Below, one piece after another: positions 32,653 to 41,699 of a DNA stretch of 64,000 bases. Source of the stretch: an uncultured Methanomassiliicoccus sp. (GTDB taxonomy: Archaea > Thermoplasmatota > Thermoplasmata > Methanomassiliicoccales > UBA472); contig CAZPFU010000004.1 of assembly GCA_964585915.1 (NCBI GenBank), positions 45,686-109,685 of the forward strand, read 5' to 3'. The position numbers were made by a program, and so were the translations under genes. The notes beneath the pieces were generated by a model. It searched no databases. It was not told where the DNA came from and was given only the letters and a program-made list of their open reading frames with translations. Position 1 is the first letter of the stretch; every line of letters starts with the position of its first letter.

Positions 32653-34106
32653 CCAGGACCTGCGCGACTATATCGGAGGCGGACGCGGCCTCGGCAATGG
32701 CGGTGGCCAGGGAAGCGATAGCTCGGGGCGCGGAATGCCTGGAGTTCCGCTTCGACCACATGCCCATCCTCCCGGACGACCTGAGCCCGTTCCAGCAGCT
32801 GGAGGTTCGACGCATCGCCACCTTGCGGGAGAGGGAGCAGGGCGGGGAGTGGGAGGGCACCAACGAGAAGAAGTGGGAGTTCCTGTGGCGGGCCGCCCGC
32901 GCCGGCTTCGACATAGACCTGGAGCTGGGGCATCCCTTGGTACACCGCGCCCACCTGCTCAAGCCGGCCAAGGTCATCGTCTCCTATCACGATCACAAGA
33001 AGACCCCGCAGATGGCCAGGATAATCGAGTCGCTGGTGGAATGCTCGGCCCGCTCGGACATGGCCAAGGCGGCGTACTTGGTAAGGACGATGCGCGACCT
33101 GGCGCAGCTGGTGGAGGCCACGCACTGGTTCTCATTGAGCCGGGAGAGGTACACGGTCATCGGCATGGGCGAGATGGGCGCGGTGACCAGGGTCCTGGCG
33201 CACCGCATGGGCTCCGTGCTCTCCTACGCTTCCGTCTCCCCGGGAAGGGAGACCGCACCCGGGCAGCTGGACCTGGAGACCTCCAAGTGGCTGGGCAAGG
33301 AGCCGGTGGTGACCGGGATAGTCGGTTACCCGCTCGATCACACGTTGTCTCCGGTCATGCAGAACGCCGCCTTCCGTGCGGCGGCCGTGCGCGGCATCTA
33401 CCTTAAGTGGGTCACCATGGTGGACGAGCTGGAGGACTTCCTGGACGTGGTCGAGGCCCTGGGCATCAGGGGCTTCAACGTCACCATCCCGCACAAGGAG
33501 TCGATAGTCCCGCTGCTGGACCGGGTGGACCCGGTGGCCGAGCGCATCGGCGCCGTCAACACGGTGGTCAACGAGGACGGTTCCCTGGTGGGCCGCAACA
33601 CCGACGTCATCGGGGTCGAGAGGACCTTCGAGAGGCACGGGGTGGACGTGAAGGGGAAAGCGGCGCTGGTCCTGGGGGCCGGGGGAGCCTCGCGATCGGT
33701 CCTCTCGTTCCTGGTGGGCAAAGGAGCGGACGTGGACATCACCAACCGCACCATGGGCAAGGCCGAATCATTGGCCAAGGCGTTCGGGGCGGACGCCGCG
33801 ACCTCCCGGGTGGCCGAGGAGAAGCAGTACGACATCATCGTGAACTGCACCCCGTTGGGAATGAAGGGCTTCCCGCAGGAGATGTCCATCTCCCCCCACG
33901 TGCTCCGCGAGGGGCAGTTCGTGATGGACACGGTCTACAATCCTCCGGTGACGCCGCTTCTGGTGGAGGCGTCACGCAAGAACGCCATCGCCGTGAACGG
34001 CAAGGACATGCTGATATACCAGGCCCTGGCCTCCTTCGAGATGTGGACCGGAAAGGCCGTGGACTACGATGTTATGGAGAGGGCCTTCCGGGAGGCGCTG
34101 CCTTGA
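32649..34106 (+). CDS. bifunctional 3-dehydroquinate dehydratase (type I) / shikimate 5-dehydrogenase (AroD-AroE fusion)
   Basis: N-half LEFRFDHM...VIVSYHDHKKTP...AKAAY (type I DHQase); C-half GYPLDHTLSPVMQNAAF, NVTIPHK, GAVNTV, NTD, LGAGGASRS (AroE); ATGA overlap with aroB'. Confidence 0.85.
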   Translation: MTRTCATISEADAASAMAVAREAIARGAECLEFRFDHMPILPDDLSPFQQLEVRRIATLREREQGGEWEGTNEKKWEFLWRAARAGFDIDLELGHPLVHRAHLLKPAKVIVSYHDHKKTPQMARIIESLVECSARSDMAKAAYLVRTMRDLAQLVEATHWFSLSRERYTVIGMGEMGAVTRVLAHRMGSVLSYASVSPGRETAPGQLDLETSKWLGKEPVVTGIVGYPLDHTLSPVMQNAAFRAAAVRGIYLKWVTMVDELEDFLDVVEALGIRGFNVTIPHKESIVPLLDRVDPVAERIGAVNTVVNEDGSLVGRNTDVIGVERTFERHGVDVKGKAALVLGAGGASRSVLSFLVGKGADVDITNRTMGKAESLAKAFGADAATSRVAEEKQYDIIVNCTPLGMKGFPQEMSISPHVLREGQFVMDTVYNPPVTPLLVEASRKNAIAVNGKDMLIYQALASFEMWTGKAVDYDVMERAFREALP

Positions 34107-34939
34107 AAGGAAGAGGGGAGGCCCATGGCGCCGTCACGATAGTCAACGCCATCGCCGCCGGGAAGGGCTGCGCGGTGGGCATAGACCTGCGCACCTGGGC
34201 GGAGGTGGAGCTGGCCTCCGGCGAGGGTGTGGAGGTCCGCTTGGAAGGCCTTCCGGACGAACCGGTGAAGCTGGTTGAACTTTGCGTCCAGACGGTACTG
34301 GACCACTTCTCCGTCAAGAAAAAGGCGATGGTGCGCACCGGTTCCCAGATCCCCGTCTCCCGGGGGCTCAAGAGCAGCAGCGCCGCGGCCAACGCGGTGA
34401 TCCTGGCCACCCTGAACGCGCTCCAGTCGGAACTGCCGGCCGATGACGTCCTTAGGATGAACGCCGATGTTTCCATCAGGGCGGGGGTCTCCGTGACCGG
34501 GGCCATGGACGACGCCGCCGCCTCGCTGCTGGGAGGAGTGGTCTTCACCGACAATCACGCCAGGACGCTGCTCCGTCGCGAGCGTTTCGACCTCTGCGAC
34601 CGGGTGATCATCACGGTACCGGAGCGGATGATCCGCAAGTCCGGGCTTCCCAAGGAGCGCATCGCCCTCTACCGCCCGCTGGCGGAAGAGGCCTTCCGCC
34701 TGGCCTGGAACGGGGAATACATCAAGGCCATGACCCTGAACTCGCTGATCTACGGAGCTGCGCTAGGTCTTGACCAGGAGCTTTCGATCAAGGCCCTGCG
34801 CGCCGGTTCCGTGGCCTCCGGCATCTCCGGCACCGGTCCGTCGGTGGTCTCCTTCGTGGACGCGCTCACGGAGAGGCAGGTGGCCGAGGCCATGGGAAAG
34901 GACACGCTGATCGCCAAGGTATACCAGGGGGTGCATTGA
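34103..34939 (+). CDS. shikimate kinase, archaeal GHMP-kinase type
   Basis: GAVTIVNAIAAGKGCA and GHMP motif SRGLKSSSAAANAV; TTG start inside cCTTGAa overlapping aroDE stop, GGGAGG SD 7 nt upstream. Confidence 0.8.
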   Translation: MKGRGEAHGAVTIVNAIAAGKGCAVGIDLRTWAEVELASGEGVEVRLEGLPDEPVKLVELCVQTVLDHFSVKKKAMVRTGSQIPVSRGLKSSSAAANAVILATLNALQSELPADDVLRMNADVSIRAGVSVTGAMDDAAASLLGGVVFTDNHARTLLRRERFDLCDRVIITVPERMIRKSGLPKERIALYRPLAEEAFRLAWNGEYIKAMTLNSLIYGAALGLDQELSIKALRAGSVASGISGTGPSVVSFVDALTERQVAEAMGKDTLIAKVYQGVH

Positions 34940-36204
34940 TGAGATTGAGGGTCGCCGCGTCCAACGCCGAGGGGAGCGTTCTTTCCTCCCCGTCCAAGAG
35001 CTACACCCACCGGGCCATGACCCTGGCCCTGCTGGCCGAAGGCGAGAGCGTGCTGCGCCGCCCGCTGCTGGGGGAGGACACCCTGGCCACCCTGGAGGCG
35101 GTGAAGGCCTTCGGCGGCAAGGCGGTCAGGGATGACGTCCTGCGCATCACCGGCGGGCCTCTCCGATGCCCGGACAATGTCATAGACACCAGGAACTCCG
35201 GCACGACGATAAGGCTCATGGCCGGCGTGGCCTCGCTGCTCCCCTGCGCCACGGTGCTGACCGGCGACGAGAGCGTCAGGCGCCGCCCGATGCAGCCGCT
35301 GATCGACGCCCTGAACCGGCTGGGCGTGCGTTGCGAAAGCACCCGCGGGAACGGTCTGGCCCCGCTCATCGTCAAGGGACCGAACCTGGGGGACCGTACG
35401 GAGATCCGGGGCGACGTCAGCTCGCAGTTCATCTCCTCATTGCTGATCTCCTCGGCCCTCAAGGAGGTGGACACCGAGATCGTTCTGACCGCCCCGCTGA
35501 AGTCCAGGCCCTACGTGGACATCACCGTGGACATGATGCGGCGTTTCGGCGCATCATGCCATTCCACATCCGAAGGGTTCATGGTCCAGGGCGGTCAGCG
35601 CTACCGCCCTCAGGAATACACCGTTCCTGGCGATTTCTCCTCTGCCGCGTTCCCTCTGGCGGCCGGCGCCCTGACCGGCAAGGTTACGGTCAGGAACCTC
35701 GACCCCCGGGACGCGCAGGGCGACCGCGCCTTCCTGGACATCCTGAGGTCCCTCGGCGCGGCGGTGGAGTGGAAAGAGAGCTCCCTCACATGCACATCGG
35801 CCGAGCTGAACGGCACGGACATCGATCTGGGCGATGCGCCGGACCTCTTCCCCATGACCGCGGTGATGTGCGCCTACGCCCAGGGAGAGAGCCGCATATA
35901 CAACGCTTCCCACGTGCGTTTGAAGGAGAGCGACCGGATCGCCGCCACCGCCCTGTTCCTGAGGGACATGGGCGCGGACATCGTGGAGAAGGAGGACGGC
36001 TGCGTGATCCGCGGCGGTCGTCCGCTGCACGGGACGAAGGTCAACGCCTTCAACGACCACCGCATCCTCATGGCCGCGGCAGTGGCGGCCCTGAGGGCCA
36101 GCGGCGAGACGATCATCAGCGATGGCGAGTGCCACCGCATCTCATACCCGGACTTCGTGAACGACATGAGGTCCCTGGGCGCCAGAATGGAGATGATACC
36201 TTGA
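34936..36204 (+). CDS. aroA: 3-phosphoshikimate 1-carboxyvinyltransferase (EPSP synthase)
   Basis: PSKSYTHRA, NSGTTIRLMAG, LKESDRI motifs; ATGA overlap. Confidence 0.9.
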   Translation: MMRLRVAASNAEGSVLSSPSKSYTHRAMTLALLAEGESVLRRPLLGEDTLATLEAVKAFGGKAVRDDVLRITGGPLRCPDNVIDTRNSGTTIRLMAGVASLLPCATVLTGDESVRRRPMQPLIDALNRLGVRCESTRGNGLAPLIVKGPNLGDRTEIRGDVSSQFISSLLISSALKEVDTEIVLTAPLKSRPYVDITVDMMRRFGASCHSTSEGFMVQGGQRYRPQEYTVPGDFSSAAFPLAAGALTGKVTVRNLDPRDAQGDRAFLDILRSLGAAVEWKESSLTCTSAELNGTDIDLGDAPDLFPMTAVMCAYAQGESRIYNASHVRLKESDRIAATALFLRDMGADIVEKEDGCVIRGGRPLHGTKVNAFNDHRILMAAAVAALRASGETIISDGECHRISYPDFVNDMRSLGARMEMIP

Positions 36205-37274
36205 ACACCATCGGCAGCGAGCTACGGCTGACCTTGTTCGGTGCAAGCCACGGACCCTGCGTCGGCGCGGTGCTGGACGGGGTCCCTCCCGGAATGATGA
36301 TAGACGTCGCGCGGATCCAAGGCGAGGTCGACCTCCGCCGGCCGAAGGCGGACATAGGTACGCCGAGGCAGGAGGAGGACCGGGTGGAGATCGTCTCCGG
36401 CATGACCGAGGGAAGGAGCACAGGGGGACCGATCACCCTGATGGTCATGAACCGGGACACCGACTCCAAGAAGTACGAGAGGTTCAAGAGCGTTCCCCGT
36501 CCCGGGCACGCCGACCTCACCGCCCGCTCCAAGTACTCGGAGTGCGTGGACCTGCGCGGGGGCGGCCAGTTCTCCGGGCGGATGACCGTGGCGCTGGTGG
36601 CCGCCGGCTCGATCGCCAGGATGCTGCTGGAGGAGCGCGGGATACGGGTGGCCGCCTTCCTGAGGCAGGTGGGAAAGGTCCGTGATACGGAGGAACGAGA
36701 TGTCACCTCTGGAGTGCTTTCTCGCTCCAACGACGTTCGGGCAGCCACGGACGAGCTGGCCGAGTCCATGCGCTCCGAGATACTGGCCGCCAAGGAGGAC
36801 GGGGACAGCGTCGGCGGGGTCGTGGAATGCATCGTGGACGGCCTGCCCATGGGGCTGGGGGAGCCTTTCTTTGATACGGTGGAAGGGGAGCTGGCCAAGA
36901 TGATGTTCGCCGTTCCCGGTGTAAAGGGCATCGAGTTCGGCGCCGGGTTCCGGGCGGCTGGCATGCGCGGCTCGCAGCACAACGACCCGTTCGTTCTTGT
37001 CGACGGAAAGGTGCGCACGGCCAAGAACGACGCCGGCGGCATACTCGGAGGAATAACCAACGGCATGCCGGTGGTGTTCAGAGTGGCCATCAAGCCCACC
37101 GCGTCCATCGCCAGGGGGCAGCGCTCCCTGGACCTGAAGAGCGGTAGGCAGACCGAGCTTAAGATAGAAGGACGGCATGACCCGTGCATCGCGCCTAGGG
37201 CGGTACCGGTGGTCGAAGCGGCCGCCGCCTTGGTGCTGGCGGACCTGAGCATGAGAGGTGGTACGGTTGACTGA
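36201..37274 (+). CDS. aroC: chorismate synthase
   Basis: LFGASHGPCVGAVLDGVPPG, PRPGHADL, GRHDPCIAPRAVPV; TTG start inside cCTTGAa overlapping aroA stop. Confidence 0.9.
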   Translation: MNTIGSELRLTLFGASHGPCVGAVLDGVPPGMMIDVARIQGEVDLRRPKADIGTPRQEEDRVEIVSGMTEGRSTGGPITLMVMNRDTDSKKYERFKSVPRPGHADLTARSKYSECVDLRGGGQFSGRMTVALVAAGSIARMLLEERGIRVAAFLRQVGKVRDTEERDVTSGVLSRSNDVRAATDELAESMRSEILAAKEDGDSVGGVVECIVDGLPMGLGEPFFDTVEGELAKMMFAVPGVKGIEFGAGFRAAGMRGSQHNDPFVLVDGKVRTAKNDAGGILGGITNGMPVVFRVAIKPTASIARGQRSLDLKSGRQTELKIEGRHDPCIAPRAVPVVEAAAALVLADLSMRGGTVD

Positions 37275-38343
37275 TTCCGTCGAGGGCATCCGGTGGAAGA
37301 TCGAGGAGATCGACAATGAGATCCTGGATTTGATCAAGAAGCGCATGAGCATCGCCGTGGCCATGGGCCACCACAAGGTGGACAAGGCCATGCCCGTGCG
37401 GGACCTGCGCGTGGAGGAACAGGTGCGCGACCGTTATCTGGCAAGGGCCAAGGAGGTCGGGATCAGCGACGCGGCGGCCATCGAGCTCTCGGCACTGCTG
37501 GTGCGCGAGTCCGTGGAAGCCCAGGCCAAGCTGCCCCGCCCCATGAAGCCGCGCAAGGTGCTGGTGGTCGGAGGCGGAGGGGCCATGGGCCAATGGCTGT
37601 GCCGCTTCTTCGCCTCCCGCGGGCACGAGGTCAAGGTCTTCGACGACCTGCCGGGCGGCGAGTTCCCGAACGTCAAGCTGGCAAAGGGCGTCAAGGAAGC
37701 CGATGTCATCGCCGTTTCTTCGCACATCTCTGCTACGGCCGAAATGCTGCGCGACATATTCAAGCTCAGACCGAAGGGGCTGGTGTTCGATATCGCCTCG
37801 GTGAAATCGCCGATCGTGGACGTGCTTAAGGAAGGCGCCGACCAGGGACTGCTGGTATGCTCCATACACCCCATGTTCGGCCCCAGCGCCTCCTTCATCT
37901 TCGCCCGGAACCTGATCGTTTGCAACTGCGGTTCCGATATCGCGGTGAACAAGTTCATGCCTTTGCTGAACGGCACCGGCGCGAACGTGATAGAGATGCC
38001 GGTGGAGGACCACGACAAGATAATATCCGTGGTATTGGGGATGAGCCACGCCTTGAACCTGGCGTTCTTCGGAGCGCTAAGGGAGAGCGGGTTCTCTCAC
38101 GAGGAGCTGCGCAAGGTGTCGTCGACCACCTTCGAGCGGCAGATGAACACCAGCGGAAACGTCGCGCGAGAAAGCCCAAACCTTTACTACGAGATCCAGC
38201 ATCTGAACCCGCACAACCGGGAGATGCTGGAGAAGCTGATCGAGGCCCTGCGCGAGGTCCAGCAGGCCGGTTCGGATGATGATCGTGCGCACATGATCAG
38301 ATTGATGCAGGAAGGTCGCAAGTATTTCGAGGTGAAGCAATGA
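37258..38343 (+). CDS. tyrA: bifunctional chorismate mutase / prephenate dehydrogenase (TyrA-like)
   Basis: CM helix IRWKIEEIDNEILDLIKKRMS, then Rossmann VLVVGGGGAMGQW and PDH core HPMFGP; alternative start TTG 37267 (GAGGTGG SD 9 nt upstream). Confidence 0.85.
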   Translation: MVRLTDSVEGIRWKIEEIDNEILDLIKKRMSIAVAMGHHKVDKAMPVRDLRVEEQVRDRYLARAKEVGISDAAAIELSALLVRESVEAQAKLPRPMKPRKVLVVGGGGAMGQWLCRFFASRGHEVKVFDDLPGGEFPNVKLAKGVKEADVIAVSSHISATAEMLRDIFKLRPKGLVFDIASVKSPIVDVLKEGADQGLLVCSIHPMFGPSASFIFARNLIVCNCGSDIAVNKFMPLLNGTGANVIEMPVEDHDKIISVVLGMSHALNLAFFGALRESGFSHEELRKVSSTTFERQMNTSGNVARESPNLYYEIQHLNPHNREMLEKLIEALREVQQAGSDDDRAHMIRLMQEGRKYFEVKQ

Positions 38344-39401
38344 AGAAGCTGCAGGTGGCGGTGCTAGGCGCCACGGGAATGATCGGTCAGAGGTTCGTGC
38401 AACTGCTGGAGGACCACCCCTATTTCGAGATAGGCGGCCTCTACGCCTCCGAGCGCTCGGAGGGCAAGTCGCTCGGGGAAGTTATGAAGCTTAAGGGGGT
38501 CCCCTTCCATGACCAGACCTTGGCCATGAAGATCGAGGCCCTGGAGCCCAAGGCCATCGCCAAGCGCTGCCGCCTGGCCTTCTCCGGCCTTCCGTCGGAC
38601 GTGGCCGGGGATTATGAGACGTCGCTCTCCAAGGAAGGCGTGGCGGTCTTCTCCAACGCCGCCTCGCACCGCATGGAGCCGGACGTGCCGCTGCTCATCC
38701 CGGAGGTCAACCCTGACCACCTGGAACTGGTCAGAGCGCAGCCGTCCTTCGCCAACGGCGGCTTCATCGTCACCAACGCCAACTGCTCCACGACCGGCCT
38801 CGCGGTCCCGCTGCAGGCCATCTACAAGATCTTCGGCCTCAAGGCCTGCTACGTCTCCACATACCAGGCGGTCTCCGGCGCCGGTTACCCCGGCGTCCCC
38901 TCGCTGGACATCTTGGGCAATGTGGTACCCTTCATCAAGAACGAGGAGGAGAAGATGGAGGAGGAGATCCACAAGATGCTCGGCGCGTACCAGGACGGCA
39001 AGGTCAAGTACGCCGAGTTCGACATGGTGGCCAGCTGCGCCCGCGTGCCCGTCGTGGACGGCCACCTGGAGTCGGCCGTGCTGAGATTGGGAAAGGAGGC
39101 CGACGCCGCGGCGGTGATCAAGGCCCTGGAATCGTTCGCGCCGGAGCCGCAGAAGCTCAAGCTGCCCACCGCGCCGGTCCATCCGATAATCGTCCGCCGG
39201 GAGGAGAACCGCCCGCAGCCGGCCGCCGACGCCCTGGCCGGGTCGCCGGAAAGGGCCAGGGGCATGGCCGTGTCCGTTGGACGCGTACGGGAAAGCAAAG
39301 GATATATCAAGTTCTGGTTGCTTTCCCATAACACCCTGAGGGGCGGGGCCGGCGGCTCCGTTCTGAACGCGGAACTGGCCGTGGCCAGGAAGCTCCTCTG
39401 A
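38340..39401 (+). CDS. asd: aspartate-semialdehyde dehydrogenase
   Basis: VLGATGMIGQRF, active-site NCSTTGL, SGAGY; ATGA overlap with tyrA. Confidence 0.9.
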   Translation: MKKLQVAVLGATGMIGQRFVQLLEDHPYFEIGGLYASERSEGKSLGEVMKLKGVPFHDQTLAMKIEALEPKAIAKRCRLAFSGLPSDVAGDYETSLSKEGVAVFSNAASHRMEPDVPLLIPEVNPDHLELVRAQPSFANGGFIVTNANCSTTGLAVPLQAIYKIFGLKACYVSTYQAVSGAGYPGVPSLDILGNVVPFIKNEEEKMEEEIHKMLGAYQDGKVKYAEFDMVASCARVPVVDGHLESAVLRLGKEADAAAVIKALESFAPEPQKLKLPTAPVHPIIVRREENRPQPAADALAGSPERARGMAVSVGRVRESKGYIKFWLLSHNTLRGGAGGSVLNAELAVARKLL

Positions 39402-39412
39402 GGGGGTGCCGG

Positions 39413-40579
39413 ATGAAGCGGACGGTCGCGGAGATCAACCAGAAGATCAAGGACGGGGACGTGGTGGTCATGACCGCCGAGGAGGTCATATCCTACGTCC
39501 AGAGCGAGGGCGTGGAGCGCGCCGCCAAGGAGGTGGACGTCGTTACCACCGGTACCTTCGGGGCCATGTGCTCCTCCGGCGCCTTCCTGAACTTCGGTCA
39601 CTCCGAACCGCCGATCCGCATGCAGAAGGTGACCCTCAACGACGTTCCAGCTTACGGCGGGATCGCCGCCGTGGACGCCTATATCGGCGCCACCGAGCTG
39701 AAGACCGACGACCACAAGGAGTACGGCGGGGCGCATGTCATCGAGGAGCTGGTGTCCGGAAGGCCGGTCCGCCTGAAGGCCACGTCGGACGGAACGGACT
39801 GCTATCCGCGCAAGGACATCGACACCTACGTCTCGCTCAACACCGTCAACCAGGCCTACCTTTTCAATCCGCGCAACGCCTACCAGAACTACGCGGCCGG
39901 GACGAACTCGTCCGATCGCACTCTGTACACCTACATGGGCAAGCTCCTGCCCAGTTATGGGAACATCACCTTCTCCAGCGCCGGACAATTGTCCCCGTTG
40001 CTTAACGACCCCACGCTGCGCACCATCGGAATTGGTACGCGCATATTCCTGGGCGGCGGCGTTGGATACGTGGCCTGGGAAGGCACCCAGTTCCGGACCA
40101 ACGTGGAGACCAAGTTCGGGGCGCCAGTGGGCGGAGCTCGTAACCTGGCCACCATAGGGGACATGAGAGGGATGTCCCCGGAGTTCGTGAGAGCGCTCAA
40201 CCTGCCGGGCTACGGCGTCTCCCTGGCCCTCGGCGTTGGCGTTCCCATCCCCATCTTGGACGAGGAGGTCCTCAAGGCCACCGCCATCAGCGACGAGCAG
40301 CTCTTCGCCCCGCTAATCGATTATTCCGTCCAGTCGCGGAACAGAAAACCGCTCAAGCACTTCTCGTACGCCGAGCTGCGCTCCGGACGCGTGGAGCTGT
40401 TCGGCAAGGAAGTCAGAACGTCATCCCTATCCAGTTATCTCAAGGCCAGGCAGATCGCTGAAACGCTGGCGGAACGCATCGAGAGCGGAGAGTTCCTGCT
40501 GACCGAACCGGTGGCCTCGCTACCAGTTGACAAGGGCGTGGGAACCCTGGAGGTTCGTTCCAAGGAGGAGGCGGTCTGA
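39413..40579 (+). CDS. COG1900/DUF39 homocysteine-biosynthesis protein (L-aspartate semialdehyde sulfurtransferase type)
   Basis: VVMTAEE, VVTTGTFGAMCSSGAFLNFGH, GGAHVIEELV as I recall for the MA1821/MJ0100-N family. Confidence 0.75.
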   Translation: MKRTVAEINQKIKDGDVVVMTAEEVISYVQSEGVERAAKEVDVVTTGTFGAMCSSGAFLNFGHSEPPIRMQKVTLNDVPAYGGIAAVDAYIGATELKTDDHKEYGGAHVIEELVSGRPVRLKATSDGTDCYPRKDIDTYVSLNTVNQAYLFNPRNAYQNYAAGTNSSDRTLYTYMGKLLPSYGNITFSSAGQLSPLLNDPTLRTIGIGTRIFLGGGVGYVAWEGTQFRTNVETKFGAPVGGARNLATIGDMRGMSPEFVRALNLPGYGVSLALGVGVPIPILDEEVLKATAISDEQLFAPLIDYSVQSRNRKPLKHFSYAELRSGRVELFGKEVRTSSLSSYLKARQIAETLAERIESGEFLLTEPVASLPVDKGVGTLEVRSKEEAV

Positions 40580-40983
40580 TGGCCAAGAAGAAGTTCCTCC
40601 TGGGCTTCAGCCCGGACATCGTGAACGAGGCGATCGTCTATCGCCTGGTGAAGGACTACGACCTCAAGATCAACATCTTACGCGCTGAGGTGCGAGAGCT
40701 CGGCGGCCGCCTCTTGATGGAGGTCGAGGGCAAGGCGGCCAACATCAAGGAGGCCGCCCGCTACCTCAACGAGGCGAAGGTAGACGTCAAGGAACTGGTC
40801 ACCTACGTGGAGAAGAACGAGGACCGCTGCACCCACTGCGGGATGTGCATCTCCATCTGTCCGGTCGAGGCGCTGACCATGGACAAGCCGGCCTGGAAGG
40901 TCCGCTACGATTCGGAGAAGTGCATCGCCTGCGGCATGTGCATCGACGCCTGCCCTCCGGGAGCTATGAAGTTCAGGATATGA
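40579..40983 (+). CDS. NIL-domain 2x[4Fe-4S] ferredoxin (partner of COG1900 protein)
   Basis: N-terminal NIL-like IVYRLVKDYDLKINILRAEV; CTHCGMCISICP and CIACGMCIDACP clusters; start shares nt with upstream stop. Confidence 0.8.
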   Translation: MAKKKFLLGFSPDIVNEAIVYRLVKDYDLKINILRAEVRELGGRLLMEVEGKAANIKEAARYLNEAKVDVKELVTYVEKNEDRCTHCGMCISICPVEALTMDKPAWKVRYDSEKCIACGMCIDACPPGAMKFRI

Positions 40984-41699
40984 GGAGGCATTTCCAGTTC
41001 AAGGAGACCGCCGCCACCATCGAGGCCGACGAGGAGTATCTCGGCCTGGCCGAGGAGGCGATGCTCAAGGCCCGGGAACAGGTGGAGGTCTACATCGCCA
41101 AGGACCCTTACTTCAAGGCCACCTTCGAGCCTTATCCGGTCCGCTCGGACATGGGCGAGGTGGTCAAGCACATGTGCAACGCCGCGCAGAAGGCGGACGT
41201 CGGTCCCATGGCCGCTGTCGCCGGGGCCATATCCCAGGCGGCGGTGGAGGCCATGGTGGACGAGGGCTGCAAGCACTGCCTGGTGGATAACGGGGGCGAT
41301 ATCGCCATGCGCACCAACCGTACGGTCAACGTCGGCCTTTACGCCGGGGAATGCACGCCTAACTATCTGGCCATCGAGGTCCCGGCCACCAAGAAGATGC
41401 TCGGCATCTGCACTTCGTCCGGCACGGTCGGACCGTCCATATCCCTGGGCAGGGCGGACCTGGCCACGGTGATATCGGAGGACGTGGCGCTGGCCGACGC
41501 CTGCGCCACCAAGCTGGGGAACCTCATAACCGAGGACGACCTGACGCTGATGGACCGCTCGATACGAGAGGTGCTGGCGATCAAGGGGGTCAAGGGCGCC
41601 CTGGTCATGATCAACGGCAAGCTTGGAATGGGCGGGGACGTCCCGCGCCTGGTGCGCTGCGACGTGCCCCCGGACAAGATCTCCCGCATCCGTTTCTAG
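40980..41699 (+). CDS. UPF0280 / COG2122 ApbE-superfamily protein (sulfide-assimilation associated in methanogens)
   Basis: 239 aa; VGPMAAVAGAISQAAV, DNGGDIA motifs; ATGA overlap with ferredoxin gene. Confidence 0.7.
   Translation: MRRHFQFKETAATIEADEEYLGLAEEAMLKAREQVEVYIAKDPYFKATFEPYPVRSDMGEVVKHMCNAAQKADVGPMAAVAGAISQAAVEAMVDEGCKHCLVDNGGDIAMRTNRTVNVGLYAGECTPNYLAIEVPATKKMLGICTSSGTVGPSISLGRADLATVISEDVALADACATKLGNLITEDDLTLMDRSIREVLAIKGVKGALVMINGKLGMGGDVPRLVRCDVPPDKISRIRF

Noticed and set aside
41697-41699. TAG codons as possible pyrrolysine recoding signals, given the methyltransferase and methanogen context.
   Set aside because: TAG serves as the ordinary terminator of at least seven well-defined genes in the window (DUF1638, the giant protein, COG2122, the methyltransferase, pheA, hypF, cbiS). 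No gene appears split by an in-frame TAG.
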